Shown piece by piece: positions 17,290 to 26,577 of a stretch of 32,148 nucleotides of DNA. Within the stretch, counting starts at the first letter, position 1, and each line of letters starts with the position of its first letter. Below the pieces are notes generated by a model, which was not told where the DNA came from, searched no databases, and was given only the letters and a program-made list of their open reading frames with translations. Origin of the DNA: a virus (Duplodnaviria; Caudoviricetes); IMG/VR virus record IMGVR_UViG_3300030330_000369, positions 1 through 32,148 of that record. One strand, 5' to 3'. The translations under genes and the position numbers were made by a program.

Positions 17290-19443
17290 ATGGGATTATT
17301 ACAAGATATTCAAGAAAAATACGGAGAGATAGAAACTACTGCTAAAGAAACTCTTGAACAGTTACCAAAAACTACTGTAGAAGACGTATCTAAAAGTGAT
17401 ATAGTTTCTTCTTTAACTTCTACTCTGTTTCCTACTTCTGTAGGATTAAAGAAACAAACAGGTTTTCCTCTTAGTTCGTTTGAAAAAGGACAAATAAATC
17501 AGGTAACAGATATGCTTACTGGTTTGGAACAATCTGTATATGAGTTAGGAAATTTTATAGGTTTTAATAAAGACGAAACTTTACAAGAATTAAAAAATAA
17601 AGCAGCCACTAGATATAAAAAATACAAACCAGAAGATAAAGCTATGGCTTCTATGGGAGAGTTTGTGTTTGAAGTTGCTAGTGCTGCTCCTTTGGCAACA
17701 TTAAGATGGTTTAACAGTGGCAGTAAAGTTAGTCAAATTTTTAAGCAAGGCAGTTTTGGATTTATATGGGATTATGTATTTACTCCAGAGGCAGAAGGAG
17801 AAAAAACCAAAACAGAGGCAGGAAAAGAAGCTGGTTTTTATAGTGCAGCAGCCCAAACTCTATTTGGTGCTGGAGGTAGGATAATAGAAAAAGTTACTAA
17901 TTTTGATTTTAAAGATAATATTGAATCAGTTAAAGATGCTGCTAAGTCTTATAATATTGAGCCTGAAGTATTAGGAGACTTTACAGGGCAAGATGCTAGA
18001 AAAGCAGCAGAAACTGCTGATTCATTAAGAGGCGGTGGTATTGCTACAAATATAAAAAATAATATAAATAAATTAAAAGATGCTGTTGGAACTTTAGCAG
18101 ACCCTTTTGTAAGAGGGGCTGCAAAAGTAGATAAAGTAGGTGAATTCACTTTAAAAAGAATAAAACAAATACATGATGCTAACAAAAAAACAGCTAATGG
18201 ATTATATCAAAACGTAGACAACAGAGTAAAAACTTTAGTTAAACAAAACCCAGATGCAAACATTGTTAATGTATCAAATACTAATAAAGCAGTAGATGAT
18301 ATGTTAGAGGGTGATGAAGACTTACTAGTAAAAATTAGTAGCTCATTGAATAGACCAGAATTATCATCTAAACTAAAAACTCTTAAAGGTAAATTTGACG
18401 AACAGACTGTAATTCAAAAAAAAGGAGTTATTGTTGATGAAACAGGTACTCCTTTGTTACCTGAAATAAAAGAATTTAGAAAAATAACTTTTCCAGAAAT
18501 GAGGCGTTTAAGAGAACAAGTAGGTTCTGCATATCAAGAATCTATAAAAGCTGGTTTTTCTTCAGATGCTACTAGAAAATTAGCTGTTCTGTTAAAAGGA
18601 ATAGATCAAGACATGGATACATGGGCTGAAAGTTTTGTAGATAATAAAGGATTAAAAGAAGCATACGATAAAGCTAGAAACTACTATGCTGGCAATGTTA
18701 TTCCTTTTAGAGATGCAGATTTAGCAGTGGCTATGTTAAAAGACCCTTCATCTAAAGAGTTAGTAGAAGATGCTTCTACATTTATACAAAGACTTATATC
18801 TCCTGCTAAGGAATCTCAAGAGGGAGCTAGTAGAGCAATAAAATTAATTGCTCCTTTACTAGATAATGATACAAAAAAGATAATATCAAAGAAGGTGTTT
18901 GATGATGCTCTAAGCACAGCCCAAAAAGGAGGAGAGTTTGACTCTAATACTTTTATAAATTATATAAAAGATAGAAAAACAAATTTACAGCCGTTTTTGG
19001 TAGGAGATGTAAATATTGATAAAATGATAAATAAATATAATCTTTTATCTAAGGCTATGACTAGAGGTAAAGAAAATACTATAATGGGGGTAGGAGACCC
19101 TGTGGCTACTGATATTCTTAAAAAAGCAGCACCTGTTACTGCTTCAATAGCAGAGAAAGTAGGTACTATTAACAAATTAAATGAATTTATTACTAGACAG
19201 GTTTTTAATACTAAAGTAGGAAGAGAGCTTTTACTTAGTGCTACCAGCATACAAAATCTTTCTCCTTTAATAACAGCAGGTACTTTGGGTTACATAGATG
19301 AATCAAGTGCTCCTGAAGAACCACAAAGAGTAAATTTAGAATCAATAAACTTAAATGAATTAATTAAATTAGAACCAGAGTCAGGCACTAATGAAAAACA
19401 AACTGACTCAATAAACTTAAATGAATTAATTAAATTACAATAA
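17290..19443 (+). CDS. Internal virion/DNA ejection protein 3
   Basis: 717 aa, helical; last large structural gene. Confidence 0.6.
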   Translation: MGLLQDIQEKYGEIETTAKETLEQLPKTTVEDVSKSDIVSSLTSTLFPTSVGLKKQTGFPLSSFEKGQINQVTDMLTGLEQSVYELGNFIGFNKDETLQELKNKAATRYKKYKPEDKAMASMGEFVFEVASAAPLATLRWFNSGSKVSQIFKQGSFGFIWDYVFTPEAEGEKTKTEAGKEAGFYSAAAQTLFGAGGRIIEKVTNFDFKDNIESVKDAAKSYNIEPEVLGDFTGQDARKAAETADSLRGGGIATNIKNNINKLKDAVGTLADPFVRGAAKVDKVGEFTLKRIKQIHDANKKTANGLYQNVDNRVKTLVKQNPDANIVNVSNTNKAVDDMLEGDEDLLVKISSSLNRPELSSKLKTLKGKFDEQTVIQKKGVIVDETGTPLLPEIKEFRKITFPEMRRLREQVGSAYQESIKAGFSSDATRKLAVLLKGIDQDMDTWAESFVDNKGLKEAYDKARNYYAGNVIPFRDADLAVAMLKDPSSKELVEDASTFIQRLISPAKESQEGASRAIKLIAPLLDNDTKKIISKKVFDDALSTAQKGGEFDSNTFINYIKDRKTNLQPFLVGDVNIDKMINKYNLLSKAMTRGKENTIMGVGDPVATDILKKAAPVTASIAEKVGTINKLNEFITRQVFNTKVGRELLLSATSIQNLSPLITAGTLGYIDESSAPEEPQRVNLESINLNELIKLEPESGTNEKQTDSINLNELIKLQ
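19342..19437 (+). repeat. 30-bp exact direct repeat (19342-19371 and 19408-19437)
   Basis: TCAATAAACTTAAATGAATTAATTAAATTA twice, 66 bp apart, encoding SINLNELIKL. Confidence 0.92.
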
Positions 19444-19943
19444 TGATCGACCCAATCACAGCTTTAGCTACAGCAAATGCAGTATTTCAAGGTATTAAAA
19501 CAGCAGTAAACTATGGTAAAGAAGCTCAAGAGGTATTCTCACAGCTAGGTAAGTGGGCTTCTGCGGTAGAAGATGTAAAGTTCTGTTTAACACAAGAAGA
19601 AAGTAAGCCATCTATATTCAAGAAGATTACTTACACTAAGTCAAGCACAGCAGAAGCATTTGACGAGCTTGCTGCAAGGCAGAGAATCAAAGAGATGGAA
19701 AAGGAACTAAAACATATGTTCTACTGGGGTTCATTGCACCATCTTGGTGCAGATGGGTATAAACAGCTAATACAAATCAGACGATCAATACAACGCAAAC
19801 GAGAAGCACAGGTATACCAACAAATCCGCAAACGTAAAGAACTCATTTACAATTCCAGTATGTTATCTATTATAGCCATTATGGGTATGGTTCTATGGTG
19901 GCTGGTACAATTTCTAATTGACTCTGTAAAGGGAATACAATGA
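19443..19943 (+). CDS. Hypothetical membrane-anchored protein
   Basis: MIDPITALATA N-terminus, coiled coil, C-terminal TM helix; TAATG coupling. Confidence 0.7.
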   Translation: MIDPITALATANAVFQGIKTAVNYGKEAQEVFSQLGKWASAVEDVKFCLTQEESKPSIFKKITYTKSSTAEAFDELAARQRIKEMEKELKHMFYWGSLHHLGADGYKQLIQIRRSIQRKREAQVYQQIRKRKELIYNSSMLSIIAIMGMVLWWLVQFLIDSVKGIQ

Positions 19944-20131
19944 TAGAATTAATACTATCTAGCATGATGGTAACTGTAGTACCAGATCGTACACAGTTCT
20001 ATTGCAAGCTAGAATGGATAGAAAGAGGACTATGTGTATACTGGTGTGCTAATGAACAAAAAGGGTTTAAATGGTTTGAAGTAGAGTCTGAACAAGGCTG
20101 TAAGATACGAAAAAAGTTTTATATAACATAA
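19940..20131 (+). CDS. Hypothetical 63-aa protein with four Cys
   Basis: Hydrophobic N-terminus; ATGA coupling. Confidence 0.55.
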   Translation: MIELILSSMMVTVVPDRTQFYCKLEWIERGLCVYWCANEQKGFKWFEVESEQGCKIRKKFYIT

Positions 20132-20140
20132 GGAGTCATA

Positions 20141-20578
20141 ATGCTACAACTACTTACTGGTCTGCTTCCTGTGGCAGAAAAGGTTATAGACAGGGTAATA
20201 CCAGACCCTAAAGCAAAACAAGAAGCACTAAAAGAACTAGCTGAACTTGAACAAAAAGGTGAACTAGCTAAGATAGAAGCTGAGTTTGGTGATAAAGATA
20301 GTGCTAGAAAACGTGAAATGGCTATCTCTACTAGCGAGCACAGCCCCTGGTTAAATAAAATAATTACTAGTGTACTTGCTTTAGGTATAACTGGTTTAAC
20401 TTTTAGTTTATTCGCTGTTATATTATTTTTAGAAGTCACACCTGCAAACAAAGATATTTTAATATTTTTATTAGGTAATTTAACTACTTTAGTGGGGCTG
20501 GTTTGTTCATACTATTTTGGCAGTTCAGTAGGTAGTAAAGATAAAACAAAAGAACTACAGAATATAATAAACAAATAA
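20141..20578 (+). CDS. Holin-like membrane protein
   Basis: VIDRVIPDP N-terminus, two TM helices, YYFGSSVGS motif; next to the endolysin. Confidence 0.7.
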   Translation: MLQLLTGLLPVAEKVIDRVIPDPKAKQEALKELAELEQKGELAKIEAEFGDKDSARKREMAISTSEHSPWLNKIITSVLALGITGLTFSLFAVILFLEVTPANKDILIFLLGNLTTLVGLVCSYYFGSSVGSKDKTKELQNIINK

Positions 20579-20584
20579 AAGGAG

Positions 20585-20977
20585 ATGCAGATGAGAGGTG
20601 ATATTGAATGGGGTAAATACTTCAGTAAGAAAGAGTTTCAATGTAGTACAACTGGTGACTGTGAAATGGAACAAGACTTTATTGACAAAATGAACCAGCT
20701 CAGAGAGGTGTTTAGTAAGCCTATAGTTATCACATCAGGATATAGAAGTGCTCTACACCCAGCAGAAGCTAAGAAGAAGACTCCAGGTGTCCATAATGAA
20801 GGCGTAGCTGCTGATGTAGCAGTAAGTAGAGAGGATGCTTATAAACTACTCCTGATAGCTTTTCAGATTGGCTTCACAGGCATTGGAGTGCAACAGAAGG
20901 GTGTAGGTAGGTTTATTCATTTGGATACGTCTACAGGCTCCTTACGCAGTCCTAGACCTACTGTGTGGTCGTACTAG
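20585..20977 (+). CDS. Endolysin, peptidase M15A family
   Basis: YFSKKEFQC, ITSGYRS, H..G.AAD, FIHLD zinc-peptidase motifs. Confidence 0.88.
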   Translation: MQMRGDIEWGKYFSKKEFQCSTTGDCEMEQDFIDKMNQLREVFSKPIVITSGYRSALHPAEAKKKTPGVHNEGVAADVAVSREDAYKLLLIAFQIGFTGIGVQQKGVGRFIHLDTSTGSLRSPRPTVWSY

Positions 20978-21119
20978 ATACGGTATTTATTACTTTTTCT
21001 TTTTCTGCGTCACTCATAGTTTCCCAGTTGGTGATTTGTTCAACTGTTCTATTACAGCCAATACATATATTATCTTTTAGTTCACAAATACCAATACAGG
21101 GTGATTCAACTATTGTCAT
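20958..21119 (-). CDS. DUF1289/YdhL-like Cys-rich protein, 53 aa (not in ORF track)
   Basis: MTIVESPCIGICELKDNICIGCNRTVEQITNWETMSDAEKEKVINTVSSTTTQ; AGGAG RBS; ATGA coupling. Confidence 0.8.
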   Translation of the reverse strand: MTIVESPCIGICELKDNICIGCNRTVEQITNWETMSDAEKEKVINTVSSTTTQ

Positions 21120-21361
21120 TCTCCTAAACCTTTCAAGCCTAGTTTATCTCTTCTGGCTTGATCTTCTTCAAAGTGTAGAAGCACACACTCCTGCCTAAGT
21201 CTCTCCTCAGTCCATTCATACTGTGCTTTAGCTACTGCGGTGCCGTCTTTCCTACCAACATCATAAGCTACCTCCCACAACTTAAACACTTCATTTGTGC
21301 CTTGATACAGTAGAAAATAACTAGTAATACATCCAAGTATAAATATGATAATATTTCTCAT
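21116..21361 (-). CDS. Hypothetical protein with N-terminal TM helix
   Basis: MRNIIIFILGCITSYFLL...; ATG 21361 overlaps the upstream TGA. Confidence 0.65.
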   Translation of the reverse strand: MRNIIIFILGCITSYFLLYQGTNEVFKLWEVAYDVGRKDGTAVAKAQYEWTEERLRQECVLLHFEEDQARRDKLGLKGLGE

Positions 21362-21549
21362 TTCTTTCCCCATAAGAAACCAAGGTAGATTGGGGTGAAT
21401 ATAGAAAGAACAACTAAAAATTCTTTAAGTGCTATTTTGTCTTCATCTACAAACTCTCCAAACAACCCTACTGCAAACAAGTTTATTAAGAAACTAACAT
21501 ACAATATTAGCAATACATGTCTAAGGATTTTTAATACAAAGTCAATCAT
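21358..21549 (-). CDS. Hypothetical two-TM membrane protein
   Basis: 63 aa, two hydrophobic helices with an acidic loop; coupled on both sides. Confidence 0.65.
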   Translation of the reverse strand: MIDFVLKILRHVLLILYVSFLINLFAVGLFGEFVDEDKIALKEFLVVLSIFTPIYLGFLWGKK

Positions 21550-21677
21550 AAAGTATCAATATGAACAGTAAGCCTAACTAGAAAGAAATCTATCACTATG
21601 TACTTATACCCTTCAACATCACTGGTGTATTCAAACCCTACCATCAATCCTGTTATTGGTGTAAATTCGTATCCCAT
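21546..21677 (-). CDS. 43-aa hypothetical protein (not in ORF track)
   Basis: MGYEFTPITGLMVGFEYTSDVEGYKYIVIDFFLVRLTVHIDTL; fills the gap exactly with TAATG and ATGA overlaps; GAGG RBS. Confidence 0.7.
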   Translation of the reverse strand: MGYEFTPITGLMVGFEYTSDVEGYKYIVIDFFLVRLTVHIDTL

Positions 21678-21838
21678 TATTGTACCTCTCCATTGTTTTT
21701 AGGTAAATATACTTCAACGTAACAACCGCACTCAGGACAAGACAAATTTGTTTTCACACAGAAAAAATCATCATCTTCTTCAATGTCGTGATCTCCTCCC
21801 CAAATAAGCTCTGTTTGACAGTGCCAACAATTCATCAT
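21677..21838 (-). CDS. Small zinc-ribbon protein
   Basis: CWHC...LIWGGDHD...NLSCPECG; ATG 21838 overlaps the RNR stop. Confidence 0.75.
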   Translation of the reverse strand: MMNCWHCQTELIWGGDHDIEEDDDFFCVKTNLSCPECGCYVEVYLPKNNGEVQ

Positions 21839-23727
21839 TGAACCTCGCAGCTTCCAGCAGTACAAGCTAGTTCCTGTACTCCTTTAACATTATCATCTAC
21901 CTCAGTCAAGTCTCTCCAACTTATGTTAATAGGAGTATCACCTTCTAACTTAACATACTCTTCTTTAGTACACTCTTCATATGGAGCTTGTCTGTATGAA
22001 CCGCCATCATAAGGTAGGAAGGATATACCGGATATGTCATCAAAGTTCTTCCATACCCATGCTCCTACTTCCATCCACTCCTCTTCCTTAACACTGATAG
22101 TCACAGATGGTTTGTGTTCACACCAATGCTTCTGATACATCATCCATAACTCAAGATGGTCTATAGCTGTTAAGTCATCTCTGATCATAGCACCTTCAGG
22201 AGCTTCTATTGGGAATGAGAATACCACAGTAGAATCAGGCTTCATCACACAGTCTTCTGTATGTACTCCCTTCTGTTTTAAGAAGTTGGAAAGAGGGTCT
22301 TTTTTATCTCCACGAACCCTACGAATATAATAACTAGAATGTCTAGGATGAATACCACTGGCAGAATCAACGAGTTGAGAAACAGTCCCAGAAGGTTTGA
22401 TACAAGTAATTGCAGTTGATTGAGGAATAGAGAGGAGTGTTGATAAGTCAGCGTTTGTTTTAACAGCCACCTGTTTGAGTTCCTCAAGGAGTTGTTTTGT
22501 GTTATCATTTACTTCTCCCATCATTTTATTATCTAATATACCTGTCAAAGATACTCCTAGCAGTCTTTCTTCTTCTGTGTTTTTTTGCCATATCTTACGC
22601 AAGTATGGAAACTTAGTTAGTGTAGCTTGCCATGTACCTAGTATTGTAGCTATCTCCACCTTTTCTTTCAGATTCTGTACTGTGTCGTCTGCTCTTACTA
22701 CCACCTCAGTCAAGTTACAGAACTGATATGGTCTAAGGATAATCTCACTACAAGGATTCGTACCAAAATCATAGTTAGTATCTCTTCTTTCATTCTTAGC
22801 AGCTTGTCTCTTTGATGCTGCCCTACTGAAGATACCACGCTCTCCTGACTTACTCTCATACAAGCTAGACCATTCCTTCATAAACTGACTCATATCAGGC
22901 TTCTCATCATACATAGCAGAGTTGTTAGCCAATGCTCTTTGTGGGTTATACTGCCACCATGACCCAGACTTACAGGCTCTCATCTTGTCATCTTCTAAGT
23001 CTGATAGAGATATCATAGCTGACCTTCTTACACCACCTACTACCACTACTTCGCCTATCTTACACAGGATATCGTGACAATCAATAGATGATAATTTTCT
23101 ACCAGCAGCCTGTTTAAACTTAGAGATGCAGAACTCAAACAATTGCTTCAATGGTTCTGCTCCTGATGCTCTACCACCAAAGGTTTTCAACCTAGCTCCT
23201 GCTGGTCTTACTTTGGATAAGTCATACTTAGGTACTTCACCACTATACAATAGGGCTATAAGCTGTCTCAGAGCCTTAGCCCAGCCTTCTTTACTGTCAG
23301 CTACTGCTATAGTAGTATCAGACTCAAAAAGCTTCTCAGGGACTTCTGGTAGCTTCTCAACATACTTATGCTCTACAGAGAACCCTACACCTGTACCGCA
23401 CAGCAAGATATACATAGCTTCATCAAAGGCTTTTACATCATCAATAGGAAGATAAGAACAATTATATCCAGCAGTATTATCTCTATCTAGTGCCTTACCA
23501 GCAGTCATAATAGCCCTCATAGATGGCATAACATCTAGGTTCTCTATTGCTTCCTGTACTCTTAGTTTTGTTGGTGTATCTACTACATGACCTATTTCTC
23601 TTTCTAAGTGATTTACCATAAAGTCCATGTATCTCTGAACAGACTCGCTCCAATCTTCTCTTCTCTGCTCTTCTTCCAGGTATCTTGCGTAACGGCTCTT
23701 TGCTATAAATTGGCTATATGTATTCAA
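21835..23727 (-). CDS. nrdJ: Class II adenosylcobalamin-dependent ribonucleotide reductase
   Basis: GYNCSY, GGVRRSAMI, GTNPCSEI, TCIKPSGTVS, C-terminal CTAGSC; single subunit with no beta-subunit gene in the window; TTG start after GAGGAG. Confidence 0.92.
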   Translation of the reverse strand: MNTYSQFIAKSRYARYLEEEQRREDWSESVQRYMDFMVNHLEREIGHVVDTPTKLRVQEAIENLDVMPSMRAIMTAGKALDRDNTAGYNCSYLPIDDVKAFDEAMYILLCGTGVGFSVEHKYVEKLPEVPEKLFESDTTIAVADSKEGWAKALRQLIALLYSGEVPKYDLSKVRPAGARLKTFGGRASGAEPLKQLFEFCISKFKQAAGRKLSSIDCHDILCKIGEVVVVGGVRRSAMISLSDLEDDKMRACKSGSWWQYNPQRALANNSAMYDEKPDMSQFMKEWSSLYESKSGERGIFSRAASKRQAAKNERRDTNYDFGTNPCSEIILRPYQFCNLTEVVVRADDTVQNLKEKVEIATILGTWQATLTKFPYLRKIWQKNTEEERLLGVSLTGILDNKMMGEVNDNTKQLLEELKQVAVKTNADLSTLLSIPQSTAITCIKPSGTVSQLVDSASGIHPRHSSYYIRRVRGDKKDPLSNFLKQKGVHTEDCVMKPDSTVVFSFPIEAPEGAMIRDDLTAIDHLELWMMYQKHWCEHKPSVTISVKEEEWMEVGAWVWKNFDDISGISFLPYDGGSYRQAPYEECTKEEYVKLEGDTPINISWRDLTEVDDNVKGVQELACTAGSCEVQ

Positions 23728-23882
23728 TCTCTTAACTCCTCTTCTAGTTCATCTGCTTTCTCTTCTATCTTATCATTGAATCTATCAACGATATCTTCTG
23801 ATGATATATCCAAAACCTCTAACAAGGAAATCTCGTCAAGGTTTTTAAGTCTATCACAAATGTCATATATTGTCAATGCCAT
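23724..23882 (-). CDS. 52-aa acidic protein (not in ORF track)
   Basis: MALTIYDICDRLKNLDEISLLEVLDISSEDIVDRFNDKIEEKADELEEELRD; TGA overlaps the nrdJ TTG. Confidence 0.75.
   Translation of the reverse strand: MALTIYDICDRLKNLDEISLLEVLDISSEDIVDRFNDKIEEKADELEEELRD
23848..23876 (-). promoter_or_regulatory. Intragenic sigma70-type promoter upstream of nrdJ
   Basis: Minus strand TTGACA (23876-23871), 17 nt ending TGA, TAGACT (23853-23848). Confidence 0.7.
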
Positions 23883-23883
23883 A

Positions 23884-24177
23884 TTACCCCCAATTACTAC
23901 CTTTCGTTTCTTTTAATAATTTAATCATAGCTTTTAAATACCATTCAGCCTTCTCAGCATCTTCTAATGCTTTACCCTTATGCCACATTCTGCTAATGTA
24001 TTTGATTATGTTGCCTTGACAATAACTGATAGATTCATACTCTCCTAGTGTATCAACTATGTAATCATAGGTTTCTATTGTTCCTTTGTTGTAGTGTGCC
24101 GGATGGTTTACTTTGTCTTCTAGCTTCATATCTTCCTCATACAAATCGCTGTTATTCTTAGTTATAAAATTATCCAT
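23884..24177 (-). CDS. DUF3310 protein (related to T7 gp1.7 nucleotide kinase)
   Basis: VNHPAHY...IETYDYI...GNIIKYISR...KGKALEDAEKAEWYL. Confidence 0.85.
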   Translation of the reverse strand: MDNFITKNNSDLYEEDMKLEDKVNHPAHYNKGTIETYDYIVDTLGEYESISYCQGNIIKYISRMWHKGKALEDAEKAEWYLKAMIKLLKETKGSNWG

Positions 24178-24931
24178 ACTTCTTCCTTAAATATTTTAAA
24201 CTTACAAACATTTCATCAAACTGTCCATCCTGCACATCATGTAATACTACGATACCACGCCAGTGAGTGTTACCTTGCACTCCCATGTAGTCTTCATTGT
24301 GTAGATAACAAGAACCAGCTATGATACAAGTTATGATAGAACCATCTGCTCTTTTGCCATAGGCTACCTGTCTGCCTTGCTGGTGACCTACTACGCAACT
24401 CTGGTGAGTCTTGTTGACCATAGCAGAAGCAGTACCAATAGGTCTACCCATCACACCACTTACAAGGTAGTGAGAGTATACAACCCCATCAATACTAACA
24501 GTATCAAGGAAATCAAACACCTCCCAACCAGCTTTTGAGTATCTGAGATCATCTGTACTAAGAGTGCCGTCGAGTTTAGAGTCTCCTTCGACTGCTCTGT
24601 TAATTCTTTGTTCGTGGTTGCCAAGTGTGAGAACCATTCTGGGTCTATATTGCTTGAGTTTTTGTTTCTTTCGTTTTTCATTGTATTTCCTTAAAGGATT
24701 AAGTAAAATATTCATACCTTCAATAGCTACTTCAACATCATCTTTGTATCTTCTTCCCTCAAATGACTTCTTACCTACATCGTAGGATGATAGTGACGGC
24801 ATATCAGCAAAATCACCAATCTGTACGATGACATCAGGTTTTTTGTCAACAATATATTTTCCAATCCATTCAAGATAACCTAATTCAACTCCAGGTTTGA
24901 CTTGTGTATCAGGTATGATCAAATGTTTCAA
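24170..24931 (-). CDS. Calcineurin-like metallophosphoesterase
   Basis: IPDTQ, IGDFAD, LGNHE, SHY, GHQQ motifs. Confidence 0.85.
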   Translation of the reverse strand: MKHLIIPDTQVKPGVELGYLEWIGKYIVDKKPDVIVQIGDFADMPSLSSYDVGKKSFEGRRYKDDVEVAIEGMNILLNPLRKYNEKRKKQKLKQYRPRMVLTLGNHEQRINRAVEGDSKLDGTLSTDDLRYSKAGWEVFDFLDTVSIDGVVYSHYLVSGVMGRPIGTASAMVNKTHQSCVVGHQQGRQVAYGKRADGSIITCIIAGSCYLHNEDYMGVQGNTHWRGIVVLHDVQDGQFDEMFVSLKYLRKKYG

Positions 24932-25272
24932 GAGTTAGCCTTTCTCAATAGTTCAAAATAATGTTCAGCCCGAACCACACACAAAGGTATAGATCGGTTC
25001 TGTTTAACCACAACAACTGGTTCTGCATCACCAGGGCAGTTAGTCTTAGCTTGCTCATAGAAGCCATATACAGCAACTCTAGCCCTGCTTTTACATTCAA
25101 TAGAAACATTTAATTTCTGCCTAGCTGCTGGTGAAAGTAGGATATCTTCACCGCTACAACCCATGATAGTAGATCGTACATCATCACTCGTAAGGTTGAA
25201 CTTGTCTATTATTAAGTCTCTGACCCATTGTTGTAGACTTCTTCCTTTGCCTTTTTTGCTGCTTGTTTTCAA
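24928..25272 (-). CDS. PD-(D/E)XK nuclease, Holliday-junction-resolvase-like
   Basis: KGKGRSLQQWVRD, GEDI, SIECK, PVVVVKQNR. Confidence 0.75.
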   Translation of the reverse strand: MKTSSKKGKGRSLQQWVRDLIIDKFNLTSDDVRSTIMGCSGEDILLSPAARQKLNVSIECKSRARVAVYGFYEQAKTNCPGDAEPVVVVKQNRSIPLCVVRAEHYFELLRKANS

Positions 25273-25522
25273 GTTCTATGTCCTTTCGTTTTTGTATCCA
25301 CTTCTTAGGTATATGTATCCTACAGTTACTCTGGTCTTGTGATACAGTGTTAGATAGAGTCAAAGCATCTTTGGTTTCATCAACTACAAATCCTATACTG
25401 GTACAATCATGTAACTCTGACTTGACACCTTCTTCCCATCCAACGTCTGCTACTGCGTCTTTCCAATATACCAAGGTTACTCTGGTAGCATCCAGAGTTC
25501 TTCCTTTTTCCTTCGTATCCAT
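25184..25522 (-). CDS. Hypothetical phage protein
   Basis: VYWKDA...GW...CTSIGFVVDE...IPKKWI; start uncertain; overlaps both neighbours. Confidence 0.65.
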   Translation of the reverse strand: MDTKEKGRTLDATRVTLVYWKDAVADVGWEEGVKSELHDCTSIGFVVDETKDALTLSNTVSQDQSNCRIHIPKKWIQKRKDIELENKQQKRQRKKSTTMGQRLNNRQVQPYE

Positions 25523-26157
25523 AACAGTCTTCCTTGTTCTAATAAATAGTCACGATTATATTTGTATACTTCCAATACTGCTCTGTATAAGTCTTCTTCC
25601 TCTTCTAATCCATCAAGTATCTTATCAGCCTTCTTATCGCCAATACCTTTGATACCTGGGATGTTATCTGTCCTATCACCTGTCAACAACTGCTTATAAA
25701 AGTTCTTAATAGCTTCTTCCTCTTTAACATAATACATTTCATTCTTATGGAAGTTGTAGTGCCATCCTCTAAGGTTGTTCAGGTCTTTATCAATAGAACA
25801 GATAACATAATCTCTGGGGTCTAGTTTGTATGCCTCTATGCCTATAGCATCATCAGCTTCCTGACCCTCTTGCATTTCAAAGCCCCATGCCTTTTCCATG
25901 TATTCACGCATTAGATCAAAATGCTTTGGCTTTGCTACTCCTAATCTGTGTCCCTTGTACGTCTGTGTCTTTGCTATATCATCTCTATAATTACTTTTAC
26001 CAGTTAGATAACCTCGTGCCTTTTCACAATTTGTATGAATAAACACGAGGTCTTCTAAATACTCTGCTAGTTTAGCGACAGCGATATGCTCACTAAAATC
26101 CTCACAACCAAACCCAACTCTGTAAGTAAGAATATCGCCATCAACTAAAGCAATCAT
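25477..26157 (-). CDS. 5'-3' exonuclease (T7 gp6-like)
   Basis: LVDGD, NYR, YKGHR, EADDAIG, SIDKDL, GDRTDNIPGIKGIG. Confidence 0.92.
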   Translation of the reverse strand: MIALVDGDILTYRVGFGCEDFSEHIAVAKLAEYLEDLVFIHTNCEKARGYLTGKSNYRDDIAKTQTYKGHRLGVAKPKHFDLMREYMEKAWGFEMQEGQEADDAIGIEAYKLDPRDYVICSIDKDLNNLRGWHYNFHKNEMYYVKEEEAIKNFYKQLLTGDRTDNIPGIKGIGDKKADKILDGLEEEEDLYRAVLEVYKYNRDYLLEQGRLLWIRRKKEELWMLPE

Positions 26158-26568
26158 CTACAGCACATCTCCATCTCCATCGTCAGCTACACCACCCTCG
26201 TATACCTGAAGATCATTAATTACCATCTTCTGTAGTGTTGGTGATGTACCCTTACCCATCTTACTTTTCCAATCATAAGAGGATACGATAGCTACTCCGC
26301 TAGAACCATTACCAATAGCAACATCCTGTAATGACTTACCTTCAAGATCAACTATCTTCAAAGGCATAACACTCCTACAGGTAATAAAGTTACCCTTCTC
26401 GTCACCTTTGTTTCTAGCTTCTACTCCTAAATCATTCTGCAACGCCTCTACAGCAGCATCAGAGAGTTCACAGAGATCAATCTGGTACTTCTCTGATAGG
26501 TTGTTTGGCTTGTTATGAAATGCCCACATAACCTTAGCATTTAACTTAATCGATTGTTTATAGTCCAT
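26158..26568 (-). CDS. Single-stranded DNA-binding protein (gp2.5-like)
   Basis: Between polymerase and exonuclease; IGNGS motif; acidic tail ADDGDGDVL. Confidence 0.75.
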   Translation of the reverse strand: MDYKQSIKLNAKVMWAFHNKPNNLSEKYQIDLCELSDAAVEALQNDLGVEARNKGDEKGNFITCRSVMPLKIVDLEGKSLQDVAIGNGSSGVAIVSSYDWKSKMGKGTSPTLQKMVINDLQVYEGGVADDGDGDVL

Positions 26569-26577
26569 ACATTCTCC

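Noticed and set aside
20965-21198. 77-aa plus-strand ORF after the endolysin (possible spanin)
   Set aside because: The opposite strand encodes a recognisable DUF1289-like protein and a coupled upstream gene; no lipobox or RBS
23728-23847. Cobalamin riboswitch or NrdR box upstream of nrdJ
   Set aside because: The region is coding (52-aa ORF) and shows no B12-box or convincing NrdR palindrome
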